Source of the DNA: Octopus sinensis
Taxonomy: Eukaryota
Direction: 5' to 3'
Assembly: GCF_006345805.1 (NCBI RefSeq)
Contig: NW_021834340.1
Span: forward strand, 1-50,691
Length of the DNA: 50,691 nucleotides
Shown: piece by piece, positions 24,730-37,332 of the stretch
How the letters are laid out: each line of letters starts with the position of its first letter
How positions within the stretch are numbered: the stretch's first letter is position 1
The notes under the pieces: generated by a model
What the model was told of the DNA's origin: nothing
What the model saw: only the letters and a program-made list of their open reading frames with translations
Databases searched by the model: none
Made by a program: the position numbers and the translations under genes

Positions 24730-26110
24730 CTACCACCAGCAGGAATGCACACCACTACAGCATGACCACACTACGGCCACTACGCACTAACAGAGCACTA
24801 CTCCATGTATAATATCGCACGTCAACACAGTTTCATGATAGCACACTAGGCTACAATTCTAGTGCTCCCCCTGTGTCACTTACAAACACTACACCATTAA
24901 CTTTGCACTACCACGGTGACACATATCTACCAAGGCACCACTCGGCCGTTACTATACGACCACCATTACATCTCTGCCACTTGACCAGTGTACAACAGCA
25001 CATAACTATCATATTACCTCTACAATACAGCCACCACTATCACCAACATCATCACTTCCATAACCATCTGCGCCACCACCACCATAACCATCATCACAGC
25101 CAACACCACCATAACCATCTGCACTTCCACTACCACCACCACAACCACTGCCACCATAACCACTACACCAACACCACTATCACCACCACCACCAAAAACA
25201 ACAATATCAAAACCACCTTTCAAATCCACACCACCAACTCACCGTAACCACCGTATAACCTCAACTCTAAAACCACTATGTGACCACCACACTACTACAA
25301 CAATACAACCAAGCTACCACCACCACCACTACTACCAAAAACCACTACCACAACAGTAAAATCACCACCACTTTAACGCAAGACTACTACCGCCATTCTA
25401 TCCACCCACTACCACAAAATAAACATCACCACTACCACCGCCACCACCACCACTACCACCACCACACTATTTACTCTACATTGTTCTGTAACTCTATTAA
25501 GCGTGCAAAATGATCGCTTAAAGAGATAGAACGGATACGGAGTGGTCAGAAATGTAAAAAGATGGCGCGATTAGATGTGGTTGTGACGGATGGAAGGATA
25601 GGGGAGGGCTGGCTAGGTGGCTGACTGGCTGGATGGCTGGACGGACGGAGTAAGGGAGAAAGGATGGAAAGGATGAAGGTATGGCCAGCTGACTGGATGG
25701 ATGGGTAACTGACAAGGGAGGAGGAGCAAGGGGAGATAACAATGGGACTAAACAAAAAAATGGAAGAAAAAGGAAAAAAATTCCATTATGCTGCTGAAAC
25801 CCTAACAAACTACCACTTTGAATACCACCACCATCACCACTATCACACCACTAAAACCACCACTATCTTCAATACTACTACCATCACCACAACACTAAAA
25901 CTACCACATTGCAACACCGCAACAAACCAACTCCACCACCACACAACAACCTCCACCAACTCTTCAAACACGACACTACAGTCGCCACATAACAACTGCA
26001 ACACTGACACTACCAAACGCCATCAACACACTTCTATACTACTACCGCCACATTGACTACCACAAGGCAAAAAAACATCCACGTCACCACTTTGCCATTA
26101 CATTTACAAT
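24730..26110. repeat. Degenerate (CAC/ACC/ACT)n trinucleotide regions with a central (GGAT/GGCT)n purine-rich block (~25540-25740)
   Basis: Directly visible; the His/Thr-rich ORFs are artefacts of it. Confidence 0.8.
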
Positions 26111-26149
26111 ATCAAAACACCGTTATACAACTTGCGGACAAAGATGTTT

Positions 26150-26720
26150 CTATATGGCTGCCGATCTGCTAAAAATAATAGCTAAATCTGCCTCACATCA
26201 CCCCCCCACACACACTCACATACACACACAAATGTAGGACACTTTGGATAATGTGGTTCTGGATTCCCCATACATATAACAAAAGGAATGGTCATGGCTG
26301 GAACGCTTTTGATTATAGCTCTGACTTGGGGCTAAATTGCAAGAACAAAATTAACAACAATATTAGATTTCGGAGATTTTACTTAACCGTATGCTTTGCT
26401 ATGCTGTAATGTTCTCTAAAATGAAAGTACAAATCAAATAATGGTGTCCTATATGAGCAATGCTTAGGAGAAAAGCGGGATGTCTACGGCTGGAATGTCT
26501 TTGGTCATAAGTATTTTTCCACTGAGTTTATCTCAAGTTCAAAAGCAACAATGACAGAAAACACCATGCCTACAAACACAACAGCAACAACATTAGCAAT
26601 GGTTGAGAGCGAGGCCTCCAGGTGATCACTGGTCCTGCTAGAAATAGAAACTAAATCTACCTCACTTTTCTATTGTCTTAGTAAATGAAAGGGCACGTTA
26701 AAATGCATTCCGGTACTGAT
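26150..26720 (+). repeat. Three partial copies of an old unclassified dispersed repeat
   Basis: Recurring CTGCTA(G/A)AAATA..CTAAATCT.CCTCAC (26166, 26636) and GGCTGGAA(C/T)G.(C/T)TTTG.T.ATA (26297, 26488). A reverse fragment lies near 29450-29495. Confidence 0.4.
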
Positions 26721-27632
26721 TATTTCGTCTTTGGCAATGAAGCATAGGGTATCAAATACTAAATTATCTCATGTGTCCTTTTTTAAATTTTTTAATTTGG
26801 TTGCTAATCCTGGTTTAAAATACTTCACGGATAAAAGGCCACACCCAAAAGATGACCTGCTAATTCTTGCGTAGACCTTTATTTATCGGTGTCAGAGAGC
26901 ATGGAAGAAAATCAGCGGCGAATTAGTTAAATCTTTTGAGGATAAGATAAAATACCGTGCAGTATTTTTTTACAGTTCTCAGTGGTCTATGTAAAAATCG
27001 TGTAGATTTACAGAATTGTTTGAAAGGAACGAACAGGTTCTTTCAGAAAGATGGCACCAAAAATATCTCTCTGAAGTGGTCTTACAAACCTTTGCTATGA
27101 CGTCAACTTTGACGGAAACTTTGCTATGACGTCATACCAAGTTGAACAATAGTTCTTTTATATTAATAAAAACGCTTTGTTACCCACGCAAGCTGGCACA
27201 AATATCCTAAGATTTTTCTTTTGTCTTTTAATATAACAACATCCCACCAACATCGAAACAAAGCTTCCACTGATTTACGCAAGAGATGGCCAGTATAAAA
27301 TCAATTTTATATACACATTTAAAACAGATTTAGATTAAAATAGCGGTGTGTATAACATTAATAATATATATTTAAATTTGAATGGCAAATGCTGTAACAT
27401 TTCGTCTCAGAGAAGCACTTCAAAAGAACTTGTCTATTAAAAAATGCAAACCTGTCGACTTATTCACGAAACGACTTATTGGACGAAATATAGATGAAAT
27501 CGTGGGCATTATGTCTTTAATGCTACAATGCCTTCAACTGGGCAATGGTCTATTATTTGGTACAGATGTATTTAATTATCCTATCATTCTTTTTTAAGCA
27601 TACTAATTTAATAAATCAGCTTTTATACAATA

Positions 27633-28335
27633 CTAGCTTAAAAACCACACTCCGTGCGGACTTTTATTCTAGCTCCTGTAGAGGGTTAATTGGACCTAGG
27701 CCCCAAACCAGAAGAGAGCAGTAATAATAGAACATTTTGTGCTATCCTACCATCACAGATTTATATTACATAGTATCATATTTGAAAACTTTTGGATTAT
27801 TATGACATTTAGAGATCACTGTGAAACAGCAGGGTATACTAAATTGTTAGTTTTTGCTATTACGAAGAGATTGTTGCCATTTCCATCTCTAGAACAACCA
27901 ACATAGAGCTGACCATGGGGAAAGCACTGCTGCATGAGGCGAAGTCCAACAATTTGCGTGATTGTCCTTGATTCTTGTCAATTGTATTATTGTAAGTAAT
28001 GGAGGTAACTCTTACAAAGGTTTGATATTAAATTCAAAGTTTTGATTACTTTTCTGACACAGAATGTCACATTTATTATTTTCGTTGTAGCTAAGTGGGG
28101 TAACTCTTGTAAAGAATTTGAAACTTTTCACGGTCGCCTTACCAGCTAGAAATAGCTGCCCAAGTGCTCTTACATCAGATCCCAATAATGGATGTTCAAG
28201 AACCAAATGAAGATCAGATTTTCAATCCCGAGAACATCCTGATTCCAAAAAGATATAATAATGTCTATGTAGAGCAAATGTTGATTGAGATACAGAGGTT
28301 CCGGACAGACAGTTTTTCACTTTTATTTATATAGA
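27633..28335 (-). mobile_element. Complete non-autonomous Helitron (703 bp) with RepHel helicase C-terminal fragment (27816-~27990)
   Basis: Minus strand: A|TCTATATAAATAAAAG 5' end at 28335; hairpin CCGCACGGAGTGTGG, 8-nt spacer, CTAG|T 3' end at 27633. Internal TIDKNQGQS / IVGLRLMQQCFPHGQLYVGCSRDGNGNNLFVIAKTNNLVYPAVSQ* matches PIF1-like Helitron motifs TINKSQGQ and CFSHGQLYVACSRV. Confidence 0.88.
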
Positions 28336-28870
28336 TTATACATCATAATAATCCATTTATAAATACTAGGACAAGCAGAGTGAAGTCTATACTCATAAAT
28401 CTCATAAATACCGAAACATTTTCATTGTTGTCTCTCGTACTTGCTGCAATAACTAAAACATTAGCCTTTGAGCTAAAGTTGACTTGTCTTCATCATACAT
28501 ATATTTTTCATTGGATTTTGATGGTCACTATATAAGCTAAGTTGAAACGAACATAACTCTAGTCAATGATTCTTGATGCTCAAATTAGGTTTCTTCTACG
28601 TTCCGAGTTGGAAACCTGACGAGGTCGATTTTAGTCTTCCGTCATTCTGAGATCGAGGATAAAAGTAAAAACAGCAGAAGTGCTGATGTGGATTGAATCG
28701 ACTTTGACCTAACCACTATCCCAAATTTAAGATCATCATCAACAAGGAAGGTGGCTGTAGGGTAATCACTGAAACGTTTGCATATCAGAGAATTTTTTTT
28801 TACTGTATTTAGTTACTGCTGTTTACGTTCTGAGTTGAAGTCCCAGCAACATCGCATTTAGCCGTATATA

Positions 28871-29218
28871 TTGGGTTGTCCGGAAAGTTCGAGCCGATTT
28901 TTAAAGGAAAGAAAAAGGTTAATAAATACTTGCCATTACATTTTTAATCAACCAAATATGGACCATTTTGTTGCACAATGCGTCTCTATCTTTCCTATAA
29001 CTTGAAAATACCCTCTTCCCACAATTGATGGGTTTTCATAGCAAAGTATTCATCAAGGTATCTTTTTACGTTATCCAAGGAATTGAAATTTTTACCATTA
29101 AGACTATTCTGCAGAGACCTGAATAGGTGGAAATCCGAAGGACCAATATCTGGTGAATATGGAGGGAGAGTAACACATCCCAGCCGAGCTGCAGTAATTT
29201 TTGTCTGGTTCCTAAAGC
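28871..29218 (-). mobile_element. Mariner 3' end with terminal inverted repeat
   Basis: TA plus TIR TTGGGTTGTCCGGAAAGTTC at 28871. Minus-strand translation QKLLQLGWDV..PPYSPDIGPSDFHLFRSLQNSLNGKNF..EEGIFKL*ER*RRIVQQNGPYLVD* with the stop at 28944-28946. Confidence 0.9.
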
Positions 29219-30269
29219 ATCAAGTGCTGAAAATGAACTTTCTTATCGTCCATTTTAAAGGGTTACAGAATGAACACAGGTTATATGAACATAAACCTTC
29301 TTCCACGAAAAGATAGCTTAAGCTGTGCTCTAAATGGAGGTGTAGTCAAATCCTAATTTAGGGACTCAACCATGTTCTAAATAAATTATCTGTCGCTGTT
29401 CAGCACAAGACGTAATTTTATCTTGATTATTTCCTGTTTAAGACAATGGAGCGAGATTCGATGAAAAGGACATTGACTGTTATTTGTAGCAGGTCGCATT
29501 ACCGCACCGATAGGCTCTCATTGACTCTATAAATCAAATAATGAGATCAGTCTCGTGGGCTCCTAACTCCCACTCACCATAGGAGACCCTGTTCCAGTTT
29601 CATTAACCATTGCAGAGCAAAGCCCTTGAATATTGAAAGCGTCGGAGAACATGTCAGGGAAAATTTATTTACGACAATGATTCACAACCAAGGTCCATAT
29701 GGTCCTTAAGGATCCGCATAATATTTTGTTAATAAAAATTATTCTACAGTACTCAAAATAACAATTTTAACAATGTTTCACACAATTCCTAATATCTAAA
29801 TATAAAAAAAAATAACAAGATTTTTGAAAATATCAAATGGCTATAAGGGTCCACTCGAGTAAAAGAAGAATCAAAGGGGTCCATAGCCAAAATTGGTTGA
29901 GAACCGCTGATTTGCGGCTTTTTGTTTTTCATCCTTTCAGAGTCGACAAAATAAAGTACCTGCCAAATACTGCGGCCAATTAAACTGACAAGTGTCCTCA
30001 CAACCAATTTGTAGCATTATATTCATGTTAAAAATTACGAAGCATTATAGTAGTGTATGTTCCTGCGCCGTACGTCCTGAGTTCAAATCCTATTCAGGTG
30101 AAATTAATAATTCCTCTTTCTGGTTTCGACAAATTAAAGTGCCTGCCAAGTACTGGGGTCCGGTATAATTACTAATTTGCTGTATTGTTCCTATGTTAAA
30201 AATTAAGAATCATTAGAGCAGAAGTTCTCAATCAGTTATTGTCAATAAAACCCTTTGTATTTTTTTTAC

Positions 30270-30695
30270 TTATTTCAATCATAAGACAACGGCCACGCTG
30301 GGGCACCACCTTGAAGAATTTTAAGCGAATCAAACGACCCAACTAACTTTTTTAAATCACGTACTTATCCTATCGGCTTTTTTTCCCGAACCACTAGGTT
30401 ACGGGGACGTAAACACACCAACACCAGTTGTCAAGCAGTAATGGGGGACCAAAAGAAACACATACACATTCATGTATATATGTTGGGTATTGTAAGACAA
30501 AATCGTTAGCACACTGGGCGCAATGCTAGCGGCATTTCGTCCGTCTTAACGTCCTGAGTTCAAATTCCGCTGAGGTCAACTTTGCCCTTCATCCTGTCGA
30601 AAAAATGAATTACCAGTTGAAACTGGGGTCGATGTAATCGACTTACCCCACCTCTGAAGTTGTTGGCCTTGTGCCAAAATTTGAAATCACAAATT
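30270..30695. mobile_element. Old SINE A 3' half (minus, ~30270-30460) and SINE B2 (plus, ~30500-30695)
   Basis: GGCCACGCTGGGGCACC..GTTACGGGGACGTAAACACACC; GTCCTGAGTTCAAATTCCGCTGAGGTCAACTTTGCCCTTCATCC. Confidence 0.75.
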
Positions 30696-30705
30696 GTTGG
30701 GTATT

Positions 30706-30917
30706 TACTCTTTTACTTGTTTCAGTCATTTGACTGTGGCCATGCTGGTGCACCGCCTTTAGTCGAACAAATCGACCCCAGAACTTATTCTTTGTAAGCC
30801 TAGTACTTATTATATCGGTCTCTCTTGATGAACCGCTAAGTTACGGGGACGTAAACACACCATCATCGGTTGTCAAGCGATGTTGAAGGACAAACACAGA
30901 CACACATATATACACAC

Positions 30918-30953
<36 letters not shown>

Positions 30954-31098
30954 GACGGCCTTCTTAAATCCACTCACAAAGCTTTGGTCGACCCGAGGCT
31001 ATAATAGAAGACACTGCGTGGCCCAAGGTGCCACGCAGTGGGACTGAACCCGGGACTATTTGGTTCGTAAACAAGCTACTTACCACACAGCCACTCCT
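30706..31098 (-). mobile_element. SINE family A
   Basis: TACTCTTTTACTTGTTTCAGTC to TACCACACAGCCACTCC. Confidence 0.9.
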
Positions 31099-31239
31099 AC
31101 GGTATTGTAAAAGTATAACCAATTTATTGCAGATAAATTTTAACAAGATCTTATATGAACTTCCAAAGGTCATACGTAGCCCAGTTGAGAGCCACTGCGT
31201 TAAAGCGTCGAATAAAATGTTTAAAATGTTTAAAAAAGT

Positions 31240-31410
31240 ATTTTTTTTCTACTCTGTATGTTCTGAGTTCAAATCCCACAGATGGCAGCCTTGTCTTTCA
31301 TCCCTCTGGTGTCAATAAAATGAAGTGCCACTTAAATATTGGAGTCGATTTAATCCCCCAAATTGACTAAATCTCTGCCCTAAATTTCAGGCCTTCATCC
31401 AATATTGACA
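31240..31410 (+). mobile_element. Diverged SINE B2
   Basis: GTTCTGAGTTCAAATCCC..TCTTTCATCCCTCTGGTGTCAATAAAATGAAGTGCC..AATTTCAGGCCTT. Confidence 0.65.
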
Positions 31411-31933
31411 ATATGGCTGGTAAAAACCAATATAGGAAACAAAACAACTTCAAAAGCATTAAGTTACTTTCCTTGAAGGTTTTGGTTCAAATACCACCGG
31501 GATCGTTTTTAGTCTTTCATCTTCCACCGGGATCGATAAAATGCTGCCATTTAAGTACTAATGTCGAGACAACACACTGCAATAGCCAGTCACCCTCATC
31601 CCATCCCGCAACCACCCCGACATATATATGACCTGGTAATGTCAGAAACCACCATCGTTGAAGTAGTAGCAATTGATGATGATGATGATGGTGATCATGT
31701 TTGTGATGACCGTAGTGGTGATGGTGATGGTGGTTGTAATGATGATGATGTTTATGGTTATCTCGATGAAATATCTTGAAGTGAGTGTAGGCTGCTATAT
31801 AATAAACTAGCAGGATATAGGTTAGTTTTATTGGAAGCTTTTTTTTTCCTGTGAGGCGTGGACATCAAAGGTATTCTGCACTGACCGGCAAGTCAAATAA
31901 ATGTAGAGTGGGGAGAGAGAGGTAGACAGAAAA

Positions 31934-31973
<40 letters not shown>

Positions 31974-32062
31974 TAGACAGAAGAAGAAGGAGAGAGAGAG
32001 AGAGATTGTATAGATATAAATAGATAAAGAGAGAAATGTATGTTGAAAAGATATACATATAT

Positions 32063-32100
<38 letters not shown>

Positions 32101-32102
32101 CA

Positions 32103-32325
32103 CTGGCAGAAACGTTAGCATGCCGGGCGAAATGCGTAGCCGTATTTCGTCTACCGTTACGTTGTGAGTTCAAATTCCGCCAAGGTCGACTTTGCCTTTC
32201 ATCCTTTCGGGATCGATAAATTAAGTACCAGTTACGCACTGGGGGTCGATGTAATCGACTTAATCCCTTTGTCTGTCCTTGTTTGTCCCCTCTATGTTTA
32301 GCCCCTTGTGGGCAGTAAAGAAATA
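32103..32325 (+). mobile_element. SINE B1 (duplicate at ~33197-33418)
   Basis: CTGGCAGAAACGTTAGCATGCCGGGCGAAATGC...CCCCTTGTGGGCAGTAAAGAAATA. Confidence 0.9.
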
Positions 32326-32512
32326 TATATATGTATATATATATCTTTTAATTGTTTCACTCATTAGACTGGAATTTTAGTCGAACGAATCGACCTCACT
32401 ACTCATTCTATCGGTTTTTTTTGCTGAACTACTAAGTTACGCGTTCACAAACACTTATACTGGTGGTCAATCGGTGGTTAAAGACAAGCACATACACAAA
32501 CACACAGACGCA

Positions 32513-32546
<34 letters not shown>

Positions 32547-32576
32547 ATTTTTCTTTCGGTCAGTCTCATTATATAT

Positions 32577-32974
32577 ACTCTTTTACTCTTTCACTTGTTT
32601 CAGTCATTTGACTGCGGCCATGCTAGAGCAACGCCTTTAGTCGAGAAAATCGACCCCAGGACTTATTCTTTGGAAGCCTAATACTTATTCTATCGCTCTC
32701 TTTTGCCGAACCACTAAGTTACAGGGACGTAAACACACCACCATCGGTTGTCGAGCGATGCTGGGGGGGGGGACGAACACTGACACACACATACACATAT
32801 ATACACATACATATGACCGGCTTCTTTCAGTTTCCGTCTACCAAATCCACACACAAGATTTGGGTCGGCCCGATGCTATTGTAGAAGACACTTGTCCAAG
32901 GTGCCACGCAATGGGAATGAACCTAGAACCATGTGGTTGGTAAACAAGCTGCTTACCACACAGCCAGTCCTGCG

Positions 32975-32977
<3 letters not shown>
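32577..32977 (-). mobile_element. SINE A (duplicate at ~33668-34065)
   Basis: Full tail-to-head complement with TA flanks on both sides. Confidence 0.9.
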
Positions 32978-33029
<52 letters not shown>

Positions 33030-33031
33030 TT

Positions 33032-33064
<33 letters not shown>

Positions 33065-34063
33065 GGGGGTAGACAGAAGAAGAAGGAGAGAGAGAGAGAG
33101 ATTGTATAGATATAAATAGATAAAGAGAGAAATGTATGTTGAAAAGATATACATATATATATATATATAATATACATATATATATATATATATACACTGG
33201 CAGAAACGTTAGCATGCCGGGCGAAATGCGTAGCCGTATTTCGTCTACCGTTACGTTGTGAGTTCAAATTCCGCCAAGGTCGACTTTGCCTTTCATCCTT
33301 TCGGGATCGATAAATTAAGTACCAGTTACGCACTGGGGGTCGATGTAATCGACTTAATCCCTTTGTCTGTCCTTGTTTGTCCCCTCTATGTTTAGCCCCT
33401 TGTGGGCAGTAAGAAATATATATATGTATATATATATCTTTTAATTGTTTCACTCATTAGACTGGAATTTTAGTCGAACGAATCGACCTCACTACTCATT
33501 CTATCGGTTTTTTTTGCTGAACTACTAAGTTACGCGTTCACAAACACTTATACTGGTGGTCAATCGGTGGTTAAAGACAAGCACATACACAAACACACAG
33601 ACGCACTCACACACACACACACACACACACACACGTTATTTTTCTTTCGGTCAGTCTCATTATATATACTCTTTTACTCTTTCACTTGTTTCAGTCATTT
33701 GACTGCGGCCATGCTAGAGCAACGCCTTTAGTCGAGAAAATCGACCCCAGGACTTATTCTTTGGAAGCCTAATACTTATTCTATCGCTCTCTTTTGCCGA
33801 ACCACTAAGTTACAGGGACGTAAACACACCACCATCGGTTGTCGAGCGATGCTGGGGGGGGGACGAACACTGACACACACATACACATATATACACATAC
33901 ATATGACCGGCTTCTTTCAGTTTCCGTCTACCAAATCCACACACAAGATTTGGGTCGGCCCGATGCTATTGTAGAAGACACTTGTCCAAGGTGCCACGCA
34001 ATGGGAATGAACTAGAACCATGTGGTTGGTAAACAAGCTGCTTACCACACAGCCAGTCCTGCG

Positions 34064-34116
<53 letters not shown>

Positions 34117-35229
34117 TATATATATTATATTTAGAGAGAGAGAGAGAGAGAGAGAGAATTTAAACCCATATCGATATGACATCGCAGTTTAATTTTCAAT
34201 GTGTTATTCACATTATTCCATCTCAAAAATGTACTAGAATTACTGAAGTGTGAAAGCCAAAATTGATCTCCTTAGAGTTTAGAACTCGAAATAAAGTTTC
34301 ACATTTCACATTGATGATTCTGAATTAGCAAAAATTACAGATATAAACTATTGTTAATAATATAATGATGCAAATTCTCCGGTCGAACAACTAACACACT
34401 GGGCAAAAGGCTCAGCACATTTCGTCCGTTTTTGTCTTTCATCCGATCGAGGTCGACAAAACAAGAACCATTAAAGTACTGGGGCCGATCTAAACGACCT
34501 ATCCCACCCTTGAAATTGGTGGTCTTGTGTCAACATTTAAAAGCAATAATTTCAACCCTTGTACTTATTAGTCGAAACGAATAATATAATTTTTTTTCCC
34601 ACAATTTATTTTCAAAAAAAAAAAAATTAATTCATATTTAAATTTCCGTGGATGGGCGTGACCAAGTAGGTAGAGTGTTGGACACGTAATCGTAAGATGG
34701 TGTTTTCGATTTCTGGACCACGGTTTTTGTTATTGATGAAAAAATCTCGAGTCGATTCAGTAAGCTAAAATTGGTGTAATATGACGGAAGATTTAGCAAA
34801 CCGACGATGTATGATAAACCTGCGTAACAAAACAAACGAAAAGAAACTTTTGACGAACCATAGGCCTACACTGGGTTTGAGTAATAAGGAATATTCCCCT
34901 TCATCAGTTGTCCCTGTTTCATCTACTCCGTGTTTCGAAGGCGGTTTCTGATTTAAACTAGGAAAATACGACTAGTAGTTTTGAGGGAAAACGATTAGCC
35001 TGTACACTCAATCTCAAGTGAGTGTTACATTCTATTTATCGAGTTCGAAACGATTACTAGTAAAGTGGACTTCGTCGGGATTTGATGTCGGAACGTAAAC
35101 AGTCAGAAATGTAGATATAAATAGTTAAAATGTTTTATTTTTACATGTACAGTGATTATTTCCAGCAAATATAAATGTGCGGAACTGGGAAGTTTACAAT
35201 ATGCTTTCGAAAAAAAAATTATTGTTTTC

Positions 35230-35673
35230 AAGATTTAGTACAAGACCAGCAAGTTCGCAGGAGGAATTGGTCGATTAGATCGACGGCAGTACTTATTTTA
35301 TCGACCGCGAAAGAATAAAAGTCGAATTCGCCCTCTGTAGGAATTGGACTCAGAACGTATATATTTCTTTACTACTCACAAGGGGTTAAACACAGAGAGG
35401 ACAAACAAGGACAGACAAACGGTTTAAGTCAATTACATCGATCCCTGTGCGTAACAGGTACTTATTTAATCGACCCCGAAAGGATGAAAGGCAAAGTCGA
35501 CCTCGGCGGAATTTGAACCCAGAACGTAACGGCAGATGAAATACGGCTATGTATTTCGCCCGGCGTGCCAACGTTTCTGCCAGCTCGCCGCCTTTGGACT
35601 CAGAACGTATAGACAGGTGAAATGCAGGAAGAATTATGCCCGGCATATTAACGACCCTGCCAACACGCCGCTT
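35230..35673 (-). mobile_element. Old SINE B2 interrupted by a young SINE B1 (35362-35593) with 18-bp TSD
   Basis: TTGGACTCAGAACGTATA at 35344-35361 and 35594-35611. The older element resumes after the second copy. Confidence 0.88.
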
Positions 35674-35882
35674 CAATTTCCGACCATTTATGAAGCTATA
35701 TAAATAAATAAAAGCATACATTTGTATTTCAGTGTAGATTATGCATCAGTAAACAGAAATAACAAATCAATTTTATTTTTGAAATGAAGCTTTTTTTTAA
35801 GATGATCTTTCGAAGCTTGTACATATAATGTGATTGGAATGAACCTGCCCTGTGTGAATGTGAAAGGATGGCACAGCTTATT

Positions 35883-36119
35883 ATGTATTTCTTGATTACC
35901 CACAAGGGGCTAAACATAGAGGGGACACACAAGAACAGACAAACGGATTAAGTCGATTACATCGACCCCAGTGCGTAACTGGTACTTAATTTATCGACCC
36001 CGAAAGGATGAAAGGCAAAGTCGACCTCGGCGGAATTTGAACTCAGAACGTAACGGCAGACGAAATACGGCTACGCATTTCGCCCGGCGTGCTAACGGTT
36101 CTGCCAGCTCGCCGCCTTT
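35883..36119 (-). mobile_element. Young SINE B1 with 12-bp TSD
   Basis: GCACAGCTTATT at 35871-35882 and 36120-36131. Confidence 0.92.
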
Positions 36120-37332
36120 GCACAGCTTATTTTCGTCTGTGTACATGTATACGTATGTGCATTATGCATAGCAGTTTGTGTGTGTGTGTGTGTGTATGTG
36201 CTCGCGCGTGCGTTCGCTCATACCTGTTTTTTTTTTTTTTACTTCAGTTAAATAATCATAAACAAAAACCACATTGAAATGTAAATTAAGCGCAATTTAC
36301 CACTTGTCTTTATCATCGATTGTTGACGATGTTTAGCAATTATTAAGGATAACTGGTTTACATTTTACATTCAATTAGTGCTGTTTGTTTCATTTCCTCA
36401 ACCATATTATACGTACAAACTTCGAAAGCTCACCCCACCCTTTTTATATATATTTTTTTTTGTTACAGTTTGTAATTTTCGAAAGAGATTCCTTAATGAA
36501 TTGTGCATTTATGATTATTTGTTATACTTCGTTTAAACTAAGCCTGTGCTAATCGCGCAAACTTTTGATCACAGACAATCCAGCCCTGACCACTATTCAA
36601 AATGATGGTAGGAAATGATTTGTAGGACCTCTGGCTAGTTTTAATATATTGAGTTTCTCTATGTATGTGTTTGTGTGAGTACTTTTATTATTTTGATCAA
36701 TCTCAAACCTGATCGAAAAGGCCTATCTCTGATCAAAAACATGCCATTCATTGTATGTGTGTGTGTTTATGTGTGTTTATTTGTTTTTGTGTATTCATGT
36801 GAATGTGGGTGTATATGTGTATGTATTTGTGCGTATATGTGCTCATGTGAGTTTGTGTGTGTGTTCTTTTTTAACAGTCACGACCTCTCTAAAATTAAAT
36901 TCCTTAATGTCACAGTCTTCAAGATATTACAGAGACTATGATATCAAATTTTGATTTGACTGGTGTTTCTTGTGCATAGGATGACCATGGATTAAGAATA
37001 GCTGTGAAACGGTTAAGAAATTTGAAGAACAGCAATGCTTGAATTTTTTTTTTGTTTCGTATTACGAGTGTTACAGAATGTTGGGTATCATAAAATGGCG
37101 TAAAATAGTAAAACAAAAAGAAAAACAAAAGAATATTCAAGTTTATTCGTGACAGCAATTCCGAAAGCCCACGGAACATTCAGTGCCAAGGTAGAGATCT
37201 AAGTACATTTAGAAACAGTGGAGACACATCTGTATCGAGTAAAAATAATATATCTTTACTTTTCCACATTCATGTGTGTGTGTGTTTGCGTGTGTGTGTG
37301 TGTGGTGTGTGTCCTGGTATATACATACATAT

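Larger units (their letters stand above)
31939..34157 (+). repeat. Tandem direct duplication, ~1.09-kb unit x2
   Basis: GGGGGTAGACAGAAGAAGAAGG at 31968 and 33064; CACTGGCAGAAACG at 32101 and 33195; unit end CCTGCGCC at 32976 and 34065. Each unit holds a B1 SINE (+), an A-tail remnant and a full SINE A (-). Confidence 0.95.

Noticed and set aside
24873-26056. His/Thr-rich ORFs resembling histidine-rich proteins
   Set aside because: Degenerate (CAC/ACC)n repeat with no splice context or non-repeat domain.
8943-28890. Composite transposon bounded by the two mariner TIRs
   Set aside because: The TIRs are in direct, not inverted, orientation.
31939-34157. CRISPR-like or LTR-like repeat structure
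   Set aside because: No repeat-spacer pattern, and no TG..CA ends, PBS, PPT or internal domain; it is a simple tandem duplication.
34885-34945. Minus-strand GAAA...CTGATGAAGG suggesting a permuted hammerhead
   Set aside because: Stem I cannot pair and stem II is not closed by GAAA.
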